Shown: positions 29,957-40,948, counted from the stretch's first letter. The stretch: DNA of 64,000 bases from Candidatus Sericytochromatia bacterium (GCA_036676985.1 JAKFBU010000073.1:32001-96000); one strand, 5' to 3'. A program made the numbers and translations. The notes: generated by a model not told the origin, from the sequence alone.

Positions 29957-30892
29957 TCACCGGGGCAGCCCGCACTGCGTCATCTCGGGCCGGGGGTGCA
30001 GGACGTCGGAAGGCCAGCCGGCGAGCCGGGCACCGGCCTGGAAGGCCGACTCCGCGAAGTCGAGAATGGCCTGGGCAGGGTCGGGCGCACGGCGCACCGC
30101 CTCATACGGCAGCAGAAACTCCCCCAGGGCCTCGTTCCAGGCGGCTCTGGCGGGCAGGATGGTCGCATGCTCCAGGCCGGCCGGACGGGGATAGCTGTAC
30201 GCATAGAAGGCCGCCTCTGCCACCCGGGCTCCGCCGGGGAGGTCACCGCCGGGCCAGAAGCCGATACTCGCAAGCTCGGCGTTGTAGGCGCAGGCATTGA
30301 TGCGATCGCCGCTTCTCATCGGCGCCGGCCGGCCGGAGAACCGCGTGACCGCCAGATCGAACGAACCCCAGAAGAAGTGCACGGGGCTCGACTTTCCGAC
30401 ATACGGTGCCCGGAAGCGTTTGAGGACCTGGTCCACCGACGTCAGCACCTGGAAGAAGCGCCGGACGGCCTCGGCCTCGAACCGCACGTCGCGGCGGTCC
30501 TGGTCGAACCGCACCGGGTCGACCACCTCGACGGGCATGGGCCACAGGTGCACCCGGATCCCTAGGCCGGCGAGCTCCGAGAGGACCTGCTCGTAAAAGC
30601 GGGCGACGGTGGTGCCCAGGGGCACGCGACGGACCTCCCCGCCCGAGGTTGCGAGGAGCAGGACCCCGTCGAAGAAGTCGAACGACAGCTCGCAGGGTCC
30701 CACGGCGGAGGGCATCGGAGAGGTGGTCAGTCCCCGGGCCGTCACGTACAACGGCACCTGCCACCAGTGGTTCATCATGGGGGCCAGCGCGAGGCGGATC
30801 TTGCCGACCACCTGCGTGTACATGTGCAAGGTCCGATACGTCTCTTGCCACTCGTCCAGCGGCAAGGACGGCCAGGTTTCCGTAGGTCTCAT
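29957..30892 (-). CDS. DUF5996 family protein
   Basis: TLHMYTQVVGKIRL, NHWWQV.LYVTARGLTT, SPVHFFWGSFDLAVTRFSGR, GFWPG, LGEFLLPYE. Confidence 0.85.
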   Translation of the reverse strand: MRPTETWPSLPLDEWQETYRTLHMYTQVVGKIRLALAPMMNHWWQVPLYVTARGLTTSPMPSAVGPCELSFDFFDGVLLLATSGGEVRRVPLGTTVARFYEQVLSELAGLGIRVHLWPMPVEVVDPVRFDQDRRDVRFEAEAVRRFFQVLTSVDQVLKRFRAPYVGKSSPVHFFWGSFDLAVTRFSGRPAPMRSGDRINACAYNAELASIGFWPGGDLPGGARVAEAAFYAYSYPRPAGLEHATILPARAAWNEALGEFLLPYEAVRRAPDPAQAILDFAESAFQAGARLAGWPSDVLHPRPEMTQCGLPR

Positions 30893-30938
30893 GCCCCGCC
30901 CCCTTCTATCGGTCGGCCCACGCACGAGTCGGCATCGC

Positions 30939-31241
30939 TCAAGACGACGTCACCTCGTCCCCGAGCGGGACGCCATCCGGGAAGAACAGGTCGTCGACGT
31001 AGCACCAGGCCCAGGTCTCACCCGGCTCGAACGACTGGACGATGGGATGCTCGGTCGCAAGGAAGTGCTTGGTCGCATGCTTGTTCTTCGAGTCGTTGCA
31101 GCACCCGACGTGCCCGCAGCTCAGGCACTCCCTGAGATGCACCCAGGTATCCCCCAGCTCGAGGCACTCCTCGCAGCCCTGCGTCCGCGGGCTGACGGCT
31201 CGAACCTGGTCCAGGTGGCGGCAAATCGTGATTCGGGGCAT
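30939..31241 (-). CDS. UBP-type zinc finger protein
   Basis: CRHL...GCEECL..GDTWVHLRECLSCGHVGCCNDS..KHATKH...EPGETWAWCYVD. Confidence 0.9.
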   Translation of the reverse strand: MPRITICRHLDQVRAVSPRTQGCEECLELGDTWVHLRECLSCGHVGCCNDSKNKHATKHFLATEHPIVQSFEPGETWAWCYVDDLFFPDGVPLGDEVTSS

Positions 31242-31437
31242 AACGGACCTCCGATCTCGCGTCATCAACGGTGCCCGCATCGTACTCCCCGCAGGCCGGC
31301 CCGACAATCCGCGGCGCTCTGGTCTCGGAGCCCGGGAATCGGCTGCGCGCCGACGCCGCCGAGGGACCCAAGGCGGTGAGGGCGCCACCCCTAAGCCCTT
31401 TTGCTGCCCCCAAGGCGCATGCCGTGCCCACATCCGC

Positions 31438-31466
31438 TTGACTAGTGTAAGTGCAACTAGTACCTT
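31438..31466 (+). promoter_or_regulatory. Promoter with palindromic operator for the PadR gene (likely leaderless)
   Basis: TTGACT-17 bp-TACCTT; ACTAGT-N9-ACTAGT at 31441-31461; ATG 7 nt after the -10, no SD. Confidence 0.55.
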
Positions 31467-31473
31467 ATTCACT

Positions 31474-32091
31474 ATGCTTACCAACAGCCGTCGCTCCCCC
31501 TTGGCCCTCGCGGTGCTCGCCCTCTTGGTCGAGGCCCCCATGCACCCGTACGAGATGCAGCGCCTGATCAAGCAACGTGCCAAGGACCGGGTGATCAACG
31601 TCGGCCAGCGCGCCAACCTCTACAAGACGATCCACCGCTTGCACCGCGACGGCCTCATCGTTCCGCGCGAGACCGTCCGCTCGGCCCAGCGTCCCGACCG
31701 GACCGTGTACGAAGTGACCGCCGACGGTCGCGACACGGCCATGGCGTGGCTGCGCGACATGCTCTCCGCCCCGCGCGAGGAGTTCCCGGAGTTTCCGGCG
31801 GCGGTCTCGTTCCTGCCGATGCTCGCGCCCGACGTCGTCATCCGCCAGCTGGAGATCCGGCGCGACCGCCTCATGGAGGCCCTGTCCACCCAGGAGGCGG
31901 CCCTGGCGGCGGTCTCGGATTGGTTGCCCCGCCTCTTCTCGCTCGAGGAGGAATACCGCCGCGCCATGCTCAATGCCGAGCTGTCGTGGGTCAACGGGCT
32001 CCTCGCGGATCTGCAGGCCGGCCGCCTCACGTGGAGCCAGGAATGGCTCGCCGAACTGTCGGCCCGGCTATCCCCTCCTGCCAACGTTTAA
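31474..32091 (+). CDS. PadR family regulator
   Basis: LALAVLALL.EAPMHPYEM, LYKTIHRL.RDGLI, RPDRTVYEVTADGR. Confidence 0.9.
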   Translation: MLTNSRRSPLALAVLALLVEAPMHPYEMQRLIKQRAKDRVINVGQRANLYKTIHRLHRDGLIVPRETVRSAQRPDRTVYEVTADGRDTAMAWLRDMLSAPREEFPEFPAAVSFLPMLAPDVVIRQLEIRRDRLMEALSTQEAALAAVSDWLPRLFSLEEEYRRAMLNAELSWVNGLLADLQAGRLTWSQEWLAELSARLSPPANV

Positions 32092-32171
32092 CGGCGTCTC
32101 CCTCAGGCCATCCCCTCGACCCACCTCCCCCTAGCCTCTCGTCTGGCTGAATTCAAGGAAAGAAGAGCTGC

Positions 32172-33467
32172 ATGCCCCCGAAATCGTCCCTTGCGACCGG
32201 CCGGATAACGGCTGGCCTCCTCGCCACGTTCCTGCTCGCCGGCAGCGTCTCACTCGCCGGCTGCCGCAAGCCGGAGGCTCCCAAGAGCGCCGAAGCGGCC
32301 ACCGTCCTGACCGTGAGCAGCGAGCCCGCCGCGCCGCGCAAGCTGGCGCTCGAGACCGAGGTCAGCGGCAGTGTGGCCGCATGGGATCCCTTGCCGGTCA
32401 TTCCGGCCGCCAACGGCCTGAAGATCGTCGAGGTCCTGGCGGAAGCGGGCGATACGGTCGAACAGGGCCAACCCCTGGTCAGGCTCGACAGCTCGGTGCT
32501 CAGAGCCCAGCTGCTGCAGGCCAAGGCTCGCCTACAGAGCGCCCAGGCGCAGCTCGCCAAGATGAAGCGTCCGAGCCGCCCCCAGGAGCTCGCCAGCGCC
32601 GAGGCGGCCGTCGCGCAGGCGGAGGCGTCGCTCAAGAGCGCGCAGGATGCCTACGACCGCGCCATGATGCTCAAGGCGGGGGGTAGCATCACCCACGCCG
32701 AGATCGTCAGCCGCCAGGCGGCACTGGAGGCCGGCCGCGCCGCCGTCGAGCAGGCTCGCCAGCACCTGAACTTGCTGAAGGAGGGCTCGCGCCAGGAGGA
32801 CCTCGCCATCGGCGAGGCCCAGGTCGCCGAGGCCAAGGCCGGGGTGGCCCAGGTCCAGTCGCTCTTGGAGCAGACCGAGGTCAAGGCACCGAGCGACGGC
32901 TACCTCCTCACGCGTGACGCCCACCTGGGCGACATGTCGTCGGTCGCCAAGCCGCTCTACTCCATGGTTCGCCACTCGCGGCTGGAGGTCGAGGCCCTCG
33001 TTCCCGAGTCCGACCTCTCGCGCGTCGATGCGGGCCAACCGGCCATCATCACCTCGGACGCGCATCCGGGGCTGCGCGTGGTGGGCAAGGTCCGCCAGGT
33101 GAGCCCGCAGGTCGATGCCGGCAACCGTCTCGCCAAGCTCGAGATCGACGTCCCCAAGGCCAAGGCTCTGCGGGTCGGCATGTTCGTCAAGGCCCGGGTC
33201 CGGCTCGGTGAGCAGGACGTGCTCGCCGTGCCGTCCGCGGCCGTCGTCACGCGCGACGCCGGCAGCGAGGTCTTCGTGCTCGACGGCCAGCATGCGCGCC
33301 GCCGGCAGGTCGTGCTCGGCAGCCGCGCCGATGGCTACGTGGCCGTCATGGACGGCCTCCAGGCCGGCGAGAACGTCATCGTCAACGGCGTCGGCTTCCT
33401 CAAGGATGGCGATCGCGTGGGCGTCGCCCCCGCATTGCCCAAGGCCTCCGCGCAGGAAGGCAAGTAA
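32172..33467 (+). CDS. RND efflux periplasmic adaptor (lipoprotein)
   Basis: Lipobox LAGC, GDTVEQGQPLVRLD, long alpha hairpin, VKAPSDG, LRVGMF. Confidence 0.92.
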   Translation: MPPKSSLATGRITAGLLATFLLAGSVSLAGCRKPEAPKSAEAATVLTVSSEPAAPRKLALETEVSGSVAAWDPLPVIPAANGLKIVEVLAEAGDTVEQGQPLVRLDSSVLRAQLLQAKARLQSAQAQLAKMKRPSRPQELASAEAAVAQAEASLKSAQDAYDRAMMLKAGGSITHAEIVSRQAALEAGRAAVEQARQHLNLLKEGSRQEDLAIGEAQVAEAKAGVAQVQSLLEQTEVKAPSDGYLLTRDAHLGDMSSVAKPLYSMVRHSRLEVEALVPESDLSRVDAGQPAIITSDAHPGLRVVGKVRQVSPQVDAGNRLAKLEIDVPKAKALRVGMFVKARVRLGEQDVLAVPSAAVVTRDAGSEVFVLDGQHARRRQVVLGSRADGYVAVMDGLQAGENVIVNGVGFLKDGDRVGVAPALPKASAQEGK

Positions 33468-33470
33468 CGC

Positions 33471-36400
33471 ATGAACATCTCCGCCTGGGCCATCAAGCGC
33501 CCCATTCCCATCATCCTGCTCTTCCTCTTCATCTCGATCATCGGCTTCGGCAGCTTCCGGCAGCTGGGCATCAACGAGAATCCCGACGTCGACTTCCCGA
33601 TGGTCACCATCACCGTCGCCCAGCCCGGGGCCTCGCCCAACGAGCTGGAGACGGAGGTCACCCGCAAGGTCGAAGACTCCTTGGTCGGCATCGCCAACCT
33701 CGAGCACATCCGCTCGACGGTCAGCGAGGGCGTCAGCCTCACCATGGCCGAGTTCAAGATCGGCACCAACTCGCAGCGGGCCCTGATCGACGTGCGTGAC
33801 GCCGTGGCGCGCATCCGCCAGCAGTTGCCGGGCGACATCACCGAGCCGACCGTGATGCAGCCGAACTTCGCCGGCGAGCCGTTCATCACCTACACGGTCG
33901 CGAGCGACAAGCGCTCGGTCGCCGAGATCTCGCGCTGGATCGACCAGGAGATCACCCGCAAGATCCTGTCGGTACCGGGCGTGGCCCAGGTGCAGCGCTC
34001 GGGCGGCGTGACGCGCGAGATCCGCGTGCAGTTGAACGCCAGCCGCTTGCAGGCGCTCGGCACCACGGTGGACAGCGTCAACGCGCAGCTGCGCATGCTC
34101 AACCTCAACCTGCCGGGCGGTCGCGGCGCCATCGGGTCGCAGGAGCAGGGCATCCGCACCCTCGGCTCCATGAAGTCCGTCGAGGAGCTGCGCGCCCTCC
34201 CCATCTCGCTCGGCAACGGGCAATTCGCCCGGCTCGACACCCTGGGAACCGTCGAGGACGGGGTTGCCGAGGTGCGCCAGAAGGCGTTCCTCGACGGCAA
34301 GCCCGTCGTCGGCTTCTCGGTGGTCCGCGCGCAGGGCGCTGCCCTGGTCCAGGCCGAAGAGGCGACCCGCAAGGCCGTCGACGAGCTCAAGCAGGAGCTG
34401 CCCGGCGACATCCGGATCGACATGGTCCGCACCTGGGCGGACTACACCCGGGCGGCGTACACCGCCTCGGTCGACGCCCTGCTCATCGGCGCGATCCTGG
34501 CCGTGATCGTCATCTTCGCCTTCCTCCGGAACTGGCAGTCGACGCTGATCTCGGCCCTGGCCATCCCCCTGTCCATCCTGGGCACCTTCATCTTCATGAA
34601 GTGGCTGGGCTACACCCTCAACAACATGACCCTCATCGGCTTGACGTTGGTGGTCGGCATCCTGGTGGACGACGCCATCGTCGACCTCGAGAACATCCAC
34701 CGGCACATGGCCATGGGCAAGAACCCCTTCAAGGCCGCCATCGAGGCGACCGACGAGATCGGGCTCGCTGTAGTGGCCACCACCTTCACCATCGTGTCGG
34801 TCTTCGTCGGCGTGGCCTTCATGGGCGGCATCCCGGGCATGTTCTTCCGGTCGTTCGCCCTGACGGTGACGGTGTCGGTCCTGTTCTCCCTCTTGGTGGC
34901 CCGGACCCTCACGCCCATGATGGCCGCCTACCTCCTGCCGTCGCCCAAGCACCACGACGAGCAGGACACCTTCTACCAGACGGCCTACCTCAAGCTGCTG
35001 GGGGCCTCCCTGCGGCATCGCTGGCTGACCATCGCCGCGGCCGTGGTCATCTTCATCGGGTCGCTCGCCCTGGTCCCCCTGATTCCCAAGGGGCTGTTCG
35101 GGAACGCCGACTACGGCGAGGCCACCGTGAATATCTCCTTGCCCGCCGGCTCGAGCCTGGCGGAGACCGAGGCGGTGGTGCAGGCCGTGAACCGGGTCCT
35201 GGCCACCCACCACGAAGTGGCCAAGTCGTTCGCCACCATCGGCAGCGGCGACAGCTCCGGCTTCGAGGGCACGGCAGGGTCGGTCTCGAGCGCTAAGGTC
35301 AACGTGATCCTCAAGCCCAAGCACGAGCGCAAGATGACGGTCGACGAGTTCCAGACCGCCGTCACCCCGGCGCTCAAGGCGATCCCCGGCGCCCGGATCG
35401 ACGTCAACAAGCTCGGCGGCTTCGGGGGGACCAAGCCCGTCAGCATCATCCTCCAGGGCACGGACCCCGTCGCCCTGGACAAGGCCGCCGACGGCCTGCT
35501 CAACGACATGCGCACGCTGAGCGACCTGCGGGACGTGACTTCGACAGCCGCCGAGCTGCGCCCCGAGATCCAGATCCGGCCGGACTTCCAGCGAGCCGCC
35601 GAGCAAGGCGTCTCGGTCGCGACCATCGGCCGGCTCGCGCGCCTCGCGACGCAGGGCGACAGCGACTTCAACCTCGCCAAGTTCAACACCGGCGATCGCC
35701 AGCTCAACATCCGGGTCGAGCTCACGGACACCGCCAAGCAGGATCTCGACGCCATCGGCAACATGATGGTGCCGGGCCGCAACGGGCTGGTGCCCTTGCG
35801 TTCGGTCGCGACGATCGCGATGGGCTCGGGCCCGGTCTCGATCAGCCGCTACGACCGGGCGCGCCAGGTCACGATCGGCGCCAACATGAACGCCGGCGTG
35901 AGCCTGGGCGACGCCATGGCCAAGGTCCAGAAGCTGCCGACGCTGCAGAGCCTGCCGGCAGGCGTCGCCCAGGACACGCTGGGCGAGTCCAAGATCATGG
36001 CCGACATCTTCATGGGCTTCATGACGTCGTTCGGCCTGGGGATCCTGCTCACCTACGCGGTGCTGGTGCTGTTGTTCAGCGGCTTCCTGCAGCCGCTCAC
36101 GATCATGGGCGCCCTGCCGCTCGCCATCGGCGGCGCGCTCGCGGGCCTGCTGATCGGCCGCAAGGAGCTCGACATGATGGCACTGATCGGCATCTTGATG
36201 CTGATGGGGCTGGTCACGAAGAACTCGATTCTGCTGGTCGAATACGCCATGAAGATGCGGGCGGACGGCCACAGCCGCTTCGACGCCCTGTTGATGGCCG
36301 GCAAGAACCGGATTCGCCCCATCCTCATGACGACGATCGCCATGATCGCCGGCATGCTGCCCATCGCCCTGGCCCTCGGCGAAGGCACCGAAAGCCTCTC

Positions 36401-36584
36401 GCCCATGGCCGTCGCCGTGATCGGCGGTCTGGTCACCTCGACGCTCTTGACGCTGGTCGTCATCCCGGCGGCCTACACGGTCGTGGATGACCTGCAGGGC
36501 TTGGTGCGGCGGGTCTTCCGGTTGGGCAAGTCGGAGGACGTGTCGGCCGAGCCGTCCGTCCCGGCCTCGGCCCAGGTTCGCTAG
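33471..36584 (+). CDS. RND efflux permease (AcrB/MdtB-like)
   Basis: MNISAWAIKRP, GILVDDAIVDLEN, GLVTKNSILLVE, RIRPILMTT. Confidence 0.95.
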   Translation: MNISAWAIKRPIPIILLFLFISIIGFGSFRQLGINENPDVDFPMVTITVAQPGASPNELETEVTRKVEDSLVGIANLEHIRSTVSEGVSLTMAEFKIGTNSQRALIDVRDAVARIRQQLPGDITEPTVMQPNFAGEPFITYTVASDKRSVAEISRWIDQEITRKILSVPGVAQVQRSGGVTREIRVQLNASRLQALGTTVDSVNAQLRMLNLNLPGGRGAIGSQEQGIRTLGSMKSVEELRALPISLGNGQFARLDTLGTVEDGVAEVRQKAFLDGKPVVGFSVVRAQGAALVQAEEATRKAVDELKQELPGDIRIDMVRTWADYTRAAYTASVDALLIGAILAVIVIFAFLRNWQSTLISALAIPLSILGTFIFMKWLGYTLNNMTLIGLTLVVGILVDDAIVDLENIHRHMAMGKNPFKAAIEATDEIGLAVVATTFTIVSVFVGVAFMGGIPGMFFRSFALTVTVSVLFSLLVARTLTPMMAAYLLPSPKHHDEQDTFYQTAYLKLLGASLRHRWLTIAAAVVIFIGSLALVPLIPKGLFGNADYGEATVNISLPAGSSLAETEAVVQAVNRVLATHHEVAKSFATIGSGDSSGFEGTAGSVSSAKVNVILKPKHERKMTVDEFQTAVTPALKAIPGARIDVNKLGGFGGTKPVSIILQGTDPVALDKAADGLLNDMRTLSDLRDVTSTAAELRPEIQIRPDFQRAAEQGVSVATIGRLARLATQGDSDFNLAKFNTGDRQLNIRVELTDTAKQDLDAIGNMMVPGRNGLVPLRSVATIAMGSGPVSISRYDRARQVTIGANMNAGVSLGDAMAKVQKLPTLQSLPAGVAQDTLGESKIMADIFMGFMTSFGLGILLTYAVLVLLFSGFLQPLTIMGALPLAIGGALAGLLIGRKELDMMALIGILMLMGLVTKNSILLVEYAMKMRADGHSRFDALLMAGKNRIRPILMTTIAMIAGMLPIALALGEGTESLSPMAVAVIGGLVTSTLLTLVVIPAAYTVVDDLQGLVRRVFRLGKSEDVSAEPSVPASAQVR

Positions 36585-36598
36585 GAGAGGAGCCTTCC

Positions 36599-37897
36599 AT
36601 GAAACGTCACCTTCGATCGTTCGGGATGGGGGCCTCGCTCTGGCTGGCCCTCGCCTCCCCCTCACTCGCCGCCGAGGCCCCGCTCACCCTGCACGAGGTC
36701 GTGGGATTGGCCCGCGATCGCCACCTCAGCGTCAAGGCGAGCCGCCACATGCTCCAGGCCGCAGAGGCCCAGAAGTCCGAGGCCTTCAGTCGCTATTTGC
36801 CGAGCCTCGGACTGGAGACGGGGCCCAGCTACAGCCACCTTCCCGGCGCCAACCTCGCCGCCATCCCGGGCGTCGGGGGAATGGTCGGCTTCCCGAGTTC
36901 CGGAACGGTGATCGACACGACGCTGTCGCTGCGGCAGGTGGTCTTCGACGGCTTCGCCACCAGCGATGCCGTGCGCCTCGCGGAGCTGGGCGTGGACATC
37001 AGCCGCGAGCAACTGAAGGCGTCCGAGCAGGAGACCATGCAGAACGCGGCGCTGGCCTACTTCCAGGTGCTGCGGGCCGAAGGGCTCCGGCGGGTCGCGA
37101 CCGAGACCCTCGCGCAGGACGAGGAGCACCTACACCAGGGAGAAGCTCGCTTCGCGGCCGGCAACACCACCCGCATGGACGTGCTGCAGCTGAAGGCCAT
37201 CGTCGCCAACGCCCGCGTGGCGCTCAAGCAGGCGCAGAACGCCGTCGAGATCGCCCGCCTTGGCCTCGCGCACGCCATCGCCCAGCCCGTCGCGGATCGG
37301 CCGCTGGCGGCCCCGCAAGGCCTGTCCGTGCGGCTCCAGGAGTCGGCGTCCGCCATCCGGCAGCGGCCGGACTTCCGGCAGGCCGAGCTCCGGGTCACGC
37401 AAAGCGAGACTCGCTCGGCGCTCGAAAGCCGGGGGCTCTGGCCGACCATCTCCGCCACCTCACGCTACAGCCAGCGGGACGCCAACCAGGGTATCGTCTC
37501 GGCCGGCGTCACCGTCGGCTGGAGCTTCCTGGACAGCTCCCGCGTCTTGCGCCGGATGGAGGCCAGCCAGAACGAGGCGGAGGCGAGCCGCCTCCAGCTT
37601 CAGCTCACCTCCCAGGTCATCGAGCTGGAGCTGCAGCAGGGCCTCAAGCGACGTGACGAAGCGTTGGGTCGTGCCGAGGCCCTCAAGGAAGGCCTTGCGG
37701 CCGCCCAGGAAGCGTATCGCCTTGCGAAGGAACGCTTTGTGGCCGGCTTGGCGACCAACGTCGAGCTGCGGGACGTCCAGACAACGCTGGTGCAGACGGA
37801 GAACAGCCTCTTGCAGGCCGAGACCGACTGGCGCGAAGCGGAGGTCCGCCTCGCCCGGGCGATGGGAGTCGACCTGGCCGGCTTTCTGGCCCAGTAG
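36599..37897 (+). CDS. TolC family outer membrane factor
   Basis: Signal peptide, YFQVLRA, RF.AG, ERFVAGLATNVEL; operonic with the RND genes. Confidence 0.88.
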   Translation: MKRHLRSFGMGASLWLALASPSLAAEAPLTLHEVVGLARDRHLSVKASRHMLQAAEAQKSEAFSRYLPSLGLETGPSYSHLPGANLAAIPGVGGMVGFPSSGTVIDTTLSLRQVVFDGFATSDAVRLAELGVDISREQLKASEQETMQNAALAYFQVLRAEGLRRVATETLAQDEEHLHQGEARFAAGNTTRMDVLQLKAIVANARVALKQAQNAVEIARLGLAHAIAQPVADRPLAAPQGLSVRLQESASAIRQRPDFRQAELRVTQSETRSALESRGLWPTISATSRYSQRDANQGIVSAGVTVGWSFLDSSRVLRRMEASQNEAEASRLQLQLTSQVIELELQQGLKRRDEALGRAEALKEGLAAAQEAYRLAKERFVAGLATNVELRDVQTTLVQTENSLLQAETDWREAEVRLARAMGVDLAGFLAQ

Positions 37898-38094
37898 GGC
37901 GGACTCAGCCGTTCCCACCGGGACCGCCCTCGGCGCCAAGCGCGCCGAGGGCGGTGTCACATGGTCCCCGAGGGCTTGCCGAGATCCCGTGAGGCGGCCT
38001 TTCAGCATAGAGTTCGACCCCTCGCCGGGGTAGAAATCAGCAGCAGTCCTCGTTCGCCCGTGGATGGCGAGCGGTCTTGTCCAAGGTAGGTCCC

Positions 38095-39303
38095 ATGTCT
38101 TCCGTTCGGCGTCCCTGGGTTCCTGTGAGTCTCGGCTTCCTGTTGTCCGCCGTACTCGGCACCCCTCCGGCCATCGCCCAGGCGACGTCCACCGAGGCGA
38201 AGCCTCTCGAGCCGTCGCTCGTCATGCCGGAATTGCCGGGCATCGGCTTTGGCCGCGGTCACTGGAGCACGAGTCTCGGCGTCTTCGCGTGGACCGACAA
38301 GCTCTGGCTGCGCAACCTCCACCTGCAGGCCGATCTGGACCTGCTGCCCGGCACGCGCGCCCACGCGATCGTCCGGTCCAACCGCGAGTTCAACACCCTC
38401 GCGGGTATCGAGCCCTTCCTGGATGAGGCCTACCTCGAAGGGTTCGGCCACTGGGACTGGGGCGGAAGGCTCTCCGCCAACCTGAAGCTGGGACGCACCC
38501 GGTACCTGAGCTTTCCCTATCCGGACCACATCGCCGTCTTCGACCAGGTGCCGAGCGTCTACGACCTCCGGGGCCGAGGCACGGCCGACTTCACGGGCTA
38601 CGAAGGGGCCCTGGTCACGCTGGACTACGCGCACGGGTCGGGGCTGGGCTGGCACTTCGTCAACCTCTCGGGCCGCAATGTCGCGCACTTCGGCCGCTAT
38701 CGGGCGGAGCTCGGGCCGTTCGTGCTGGAGGGCCGCGCAGGCGACCTGCAGATCCGGCCCGAGCCGCTCGGCCGTTCGGCGCCCGGTTACAACCTCTTCA
38801 CGGGGGCGCGCTGGGGAGGATATCAGGCCGGCGTGCTGTATGAACGGTTAGCAGGGCAGCCAATCTACACCGGGGTGATGGTGGGCTTTGCCTCCAACTG
38901 GCTGACCCAGTATGCCGGAAACGTGGGCATCGACTACGCGCGATCGCCACAGGGCGTGGCCATGCACCTCACGCCCTTGAAGGGGACGTTCGGGTTGGAA
39001 GGCGCAGCGCCCGAGGGAGCCGAGCTGGTGGGAGAGGTCGCGGCCGAGCGGATCCGGACCTACTGGCAGAACAGCCAGATCCGGAACTTCTACGAGCACC
39101 GCCGCTCGAGCTGGGGCGACACCACGGATCCGAGCCTCGTCGCCGTCATCGAGGAAGAACCCTGGTACCTTCAGGCCGAGGCGCTGGTCAGTCCGAACAA
39201 CTCCTTCCAGAGCTGGGGCGATCTGGTTCGCTGGGAGGCTCAGCGGCAGGGCCCCGCGCAAATCAGCCAACAGGTACGCTACCGGTTCTACCGACCGAAG
39301 TAG
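38095..39303 (+). CDS. Secreted / outer-membrane hypothetical protein
   Basis: Signal peptide (AIA-Q), aromatic/Gly-rich beta-strand character; start supported by alignment with the remnant at 44015. Confidence 0.75.
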   Translation: MSSVRRPWVPVSLGFLLSAVLGTPPAIAQATSTEAKPLEPSLVMPELPGIGFGRGHWSTSLGVFAWTDKLWLRNLHLQADLDLLPGTRAHAIVRSNREFNTLAGIEPFLDEAYLEGFGHWDWGGRLSANLKLGRTRYLSFPYPDHIAVFDQVPSVYDLRGRGTADFTGYEGALVTLDYAHGSGLGWHFVNLSGRNVAHFGRYRAELGPFVLEGRAGDLQIRPEPLGRSAPGYNLFTGARWGGYQAGVLYERLAGQPIYTGVMVGFASNWLTQYAGNVGIDYARSPQGVAMHLTPLKGTFGLEGAAPEGAELVGEVAAERIRTYWQNSQIRNFYEHRRSSWGDTTDPSLVAVIEEEPWYLQAEALVSPNNSFQSWGDLVRWEAQRQGPAQISQQVRYRFYRPK

Positions 39304-39342
39304 CCGCTGTAAGGCGGAAGCGATGCCGAGGACCGTGCAGCC

Positions 39343-40488
39343 TCAAGCCCTCGGCTCCTCCAGGGGAAGGGTGAAGTAGAAGGTCGACCCTTGACCCGGC
39401 ACGCTCTGCACCCCGATCTGACCTCCGTGCGCCTCGACGAGGGTCTTGGCGATCGCCAGGCCGAGGCCGGTGCCGCCCCCCTTTCGCACGCCGCCGTCCA
39501 GCTGGCTGAAGCGCTGGAACAGCTTGGGAATGTCCTCCTCGGCAATTCCGATGCCCGTGTCCCGTACCTCGCACCGGAGCCACGGGCCCTCGGCCCGGGC
39601 CGAGACGGTCACGCTGCCGCCCGCCGGAGTGAACTTGATGGCGTTGGTGAGCAGGTTGGACAGGACCTGCTCGATGCGCTGGGGGTCCAGGCACAGCAAG
39701 AGGCGCTCGGGAACCGCAGCCAGCGCGAGGTCGATGCGGGCCTCCTCCGCAGCGGGCCGCAGGCTCTCGACCACCTCGCGGATCTTGGCCCCGACGTCGG
39801 CGCGCTCGAACTGCAGCGTGAAGGTCCCGGCCTCGATCCGGGCGTATTCGAGCAGATCGTTGACGAGGCGCTCGAGGCGCTTGGTGCTGTTGAAGATCTG
39901 GCGCGTGTAGTCCAGGTGAGCCGGGGAAAGCGTCCCCCCCACGCCTTCCTGCATCAGCTCGACGTAGCCGATAATGCTCGTCAACGGCGTCCGGAGCTCA
40001 TGGGAGATCGAGTTGACGAAGAGGTTCTTGAGGCGATCGAGCTTCTGGGCGGCCTCGATCTGCTCCCTGGCCTCCCGCTCCCGCCGTTCGCTCTCGGCAC
40101 GCGCTGCGCGCACACGCGCCTCGCTGAGCTCCCGCTCGATGGCCGGGACGAGCCGGGCCAAGTTGTCCTTCCGGATGAAGTCCTTTGCCCCTTCCCGCAT
40201 GAGGGTGGCCGCCATCTCCTCGCCGACGGCGCCCGAGACGACGATAAAGGGCACATCCACTCCCCGCCGGTTGAATTGCTGAAGGGCCTCGATCCCGCTG
40301 AACCGCGGCATGTTGAAGTCCGCCACGATCAGGTCCCACGGTCGCGATCCGAGCTGAAACTCCAGCTCCTGCGGGGTCTCCACCCGCACCCAATTAGGCT
40401 CGAAGCCGTTCAGCACCAGGACGCGAATCAGCAGCAGGGCGTCGTTCTCCGAGTCCTCGATCAACAGGACATTCAGCGGCTTGTCCAT
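39343..40488 (-). CDS. Hybrid response regulator-histidine kinase
   Basis: N-terminal REC ([19 protein letters not shown]), HELRTPL, NAIKFT, GTGLGL. Confidence 0.93.
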   Translation of the reverse strand: MDKPLNVLLIEDSENDALLLIRVLVLNGFEPNWVRVETPQELEFQLGSRPWDLIVADFNMPRFSGIEALQQFNRRGVDVPFIVVSGAVGEEMAATLMREGAKDFIRKDNLARLVPAIERELSEARVRAARAESERREREAREQIEAAQKLDRLKNLFVNSISHELRTPLTSIIGYVELMQEGVGGTLSPAHLDYTRQIFNSTKRLERLVNDLLEYARIEAGTFTLQFERADVGAKIREVVESLRPAAEEARIDLALAAVPERLLLCLDPQRIEQVLSNLLTNAIKFTPAGGSVTVSARAEGPWLRCEVRDTGIGIAEEDIPKLFQRFSQLDGGVRKGGGTGLGLAIAKTLVEAHGGQIGVQSVPGQGSTFYFTLPLEEPRA

Positions 40489-40489
40489 G

Positions 40490-40948
40490 TCAACCCTCCG
40501 GGGCGGGAGGCTGGACGTTGAACATGAGCCAGTAAAGCCCCAGCTGACGCACGGCCTCCAGGAAGTCGTTGAAGTCGATCGGCTTTCGCAGGTAGCTGTT
40601 GGCCCCGAGGCTGTAGCTGGCGATGAGGTCCTGCTCCTCCTGCGACGAGGTCAGCACGATCACCGGCACCAGCCGGGTCCGATGCTCGGCCCGCACCCGC
40701 TTGAGGACCTCGAGTCCGTCCACCTTCTTCAGCTTCAGGTCGAGGAGGATGAACTGCGGCAGCTCGTTGACATCCCGGCCCGCATAGTCCCCGGTACCGA
40801 ACAGGTAGTCCAGCGCCTCTCGCCCGTCGTTGGCGACGATCACCCGGTTAGCCAGGTTGCTCTTCTTGAAGGCCCGGAGGGTCAGCTCGACGTCGTCCGG
40901 GTTGTCCTCAACCAGCAGGATGCAGCCGTCATGAGTGGTAGTTGCCAT
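40490..40948 (-). CDS. Single-domain response regulator (Rcp1-like)
   Basis: [41 protein letters not shown]. Confidence 0.92.
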   Translation of the reverse strand: MATTTHDGCILLVEDNPDDVELTLRAFKKSNLANRVIVANDGREALDYLFGTGDYAGRDVNELPQFILLDLKLKKVDGLEVLKRVRAEHRTRLVPVIVLTSSQEEQDLIASYSLGANSYLRKPIDFNDFLEAVRQLGLYWLMFNVQPPAPEG

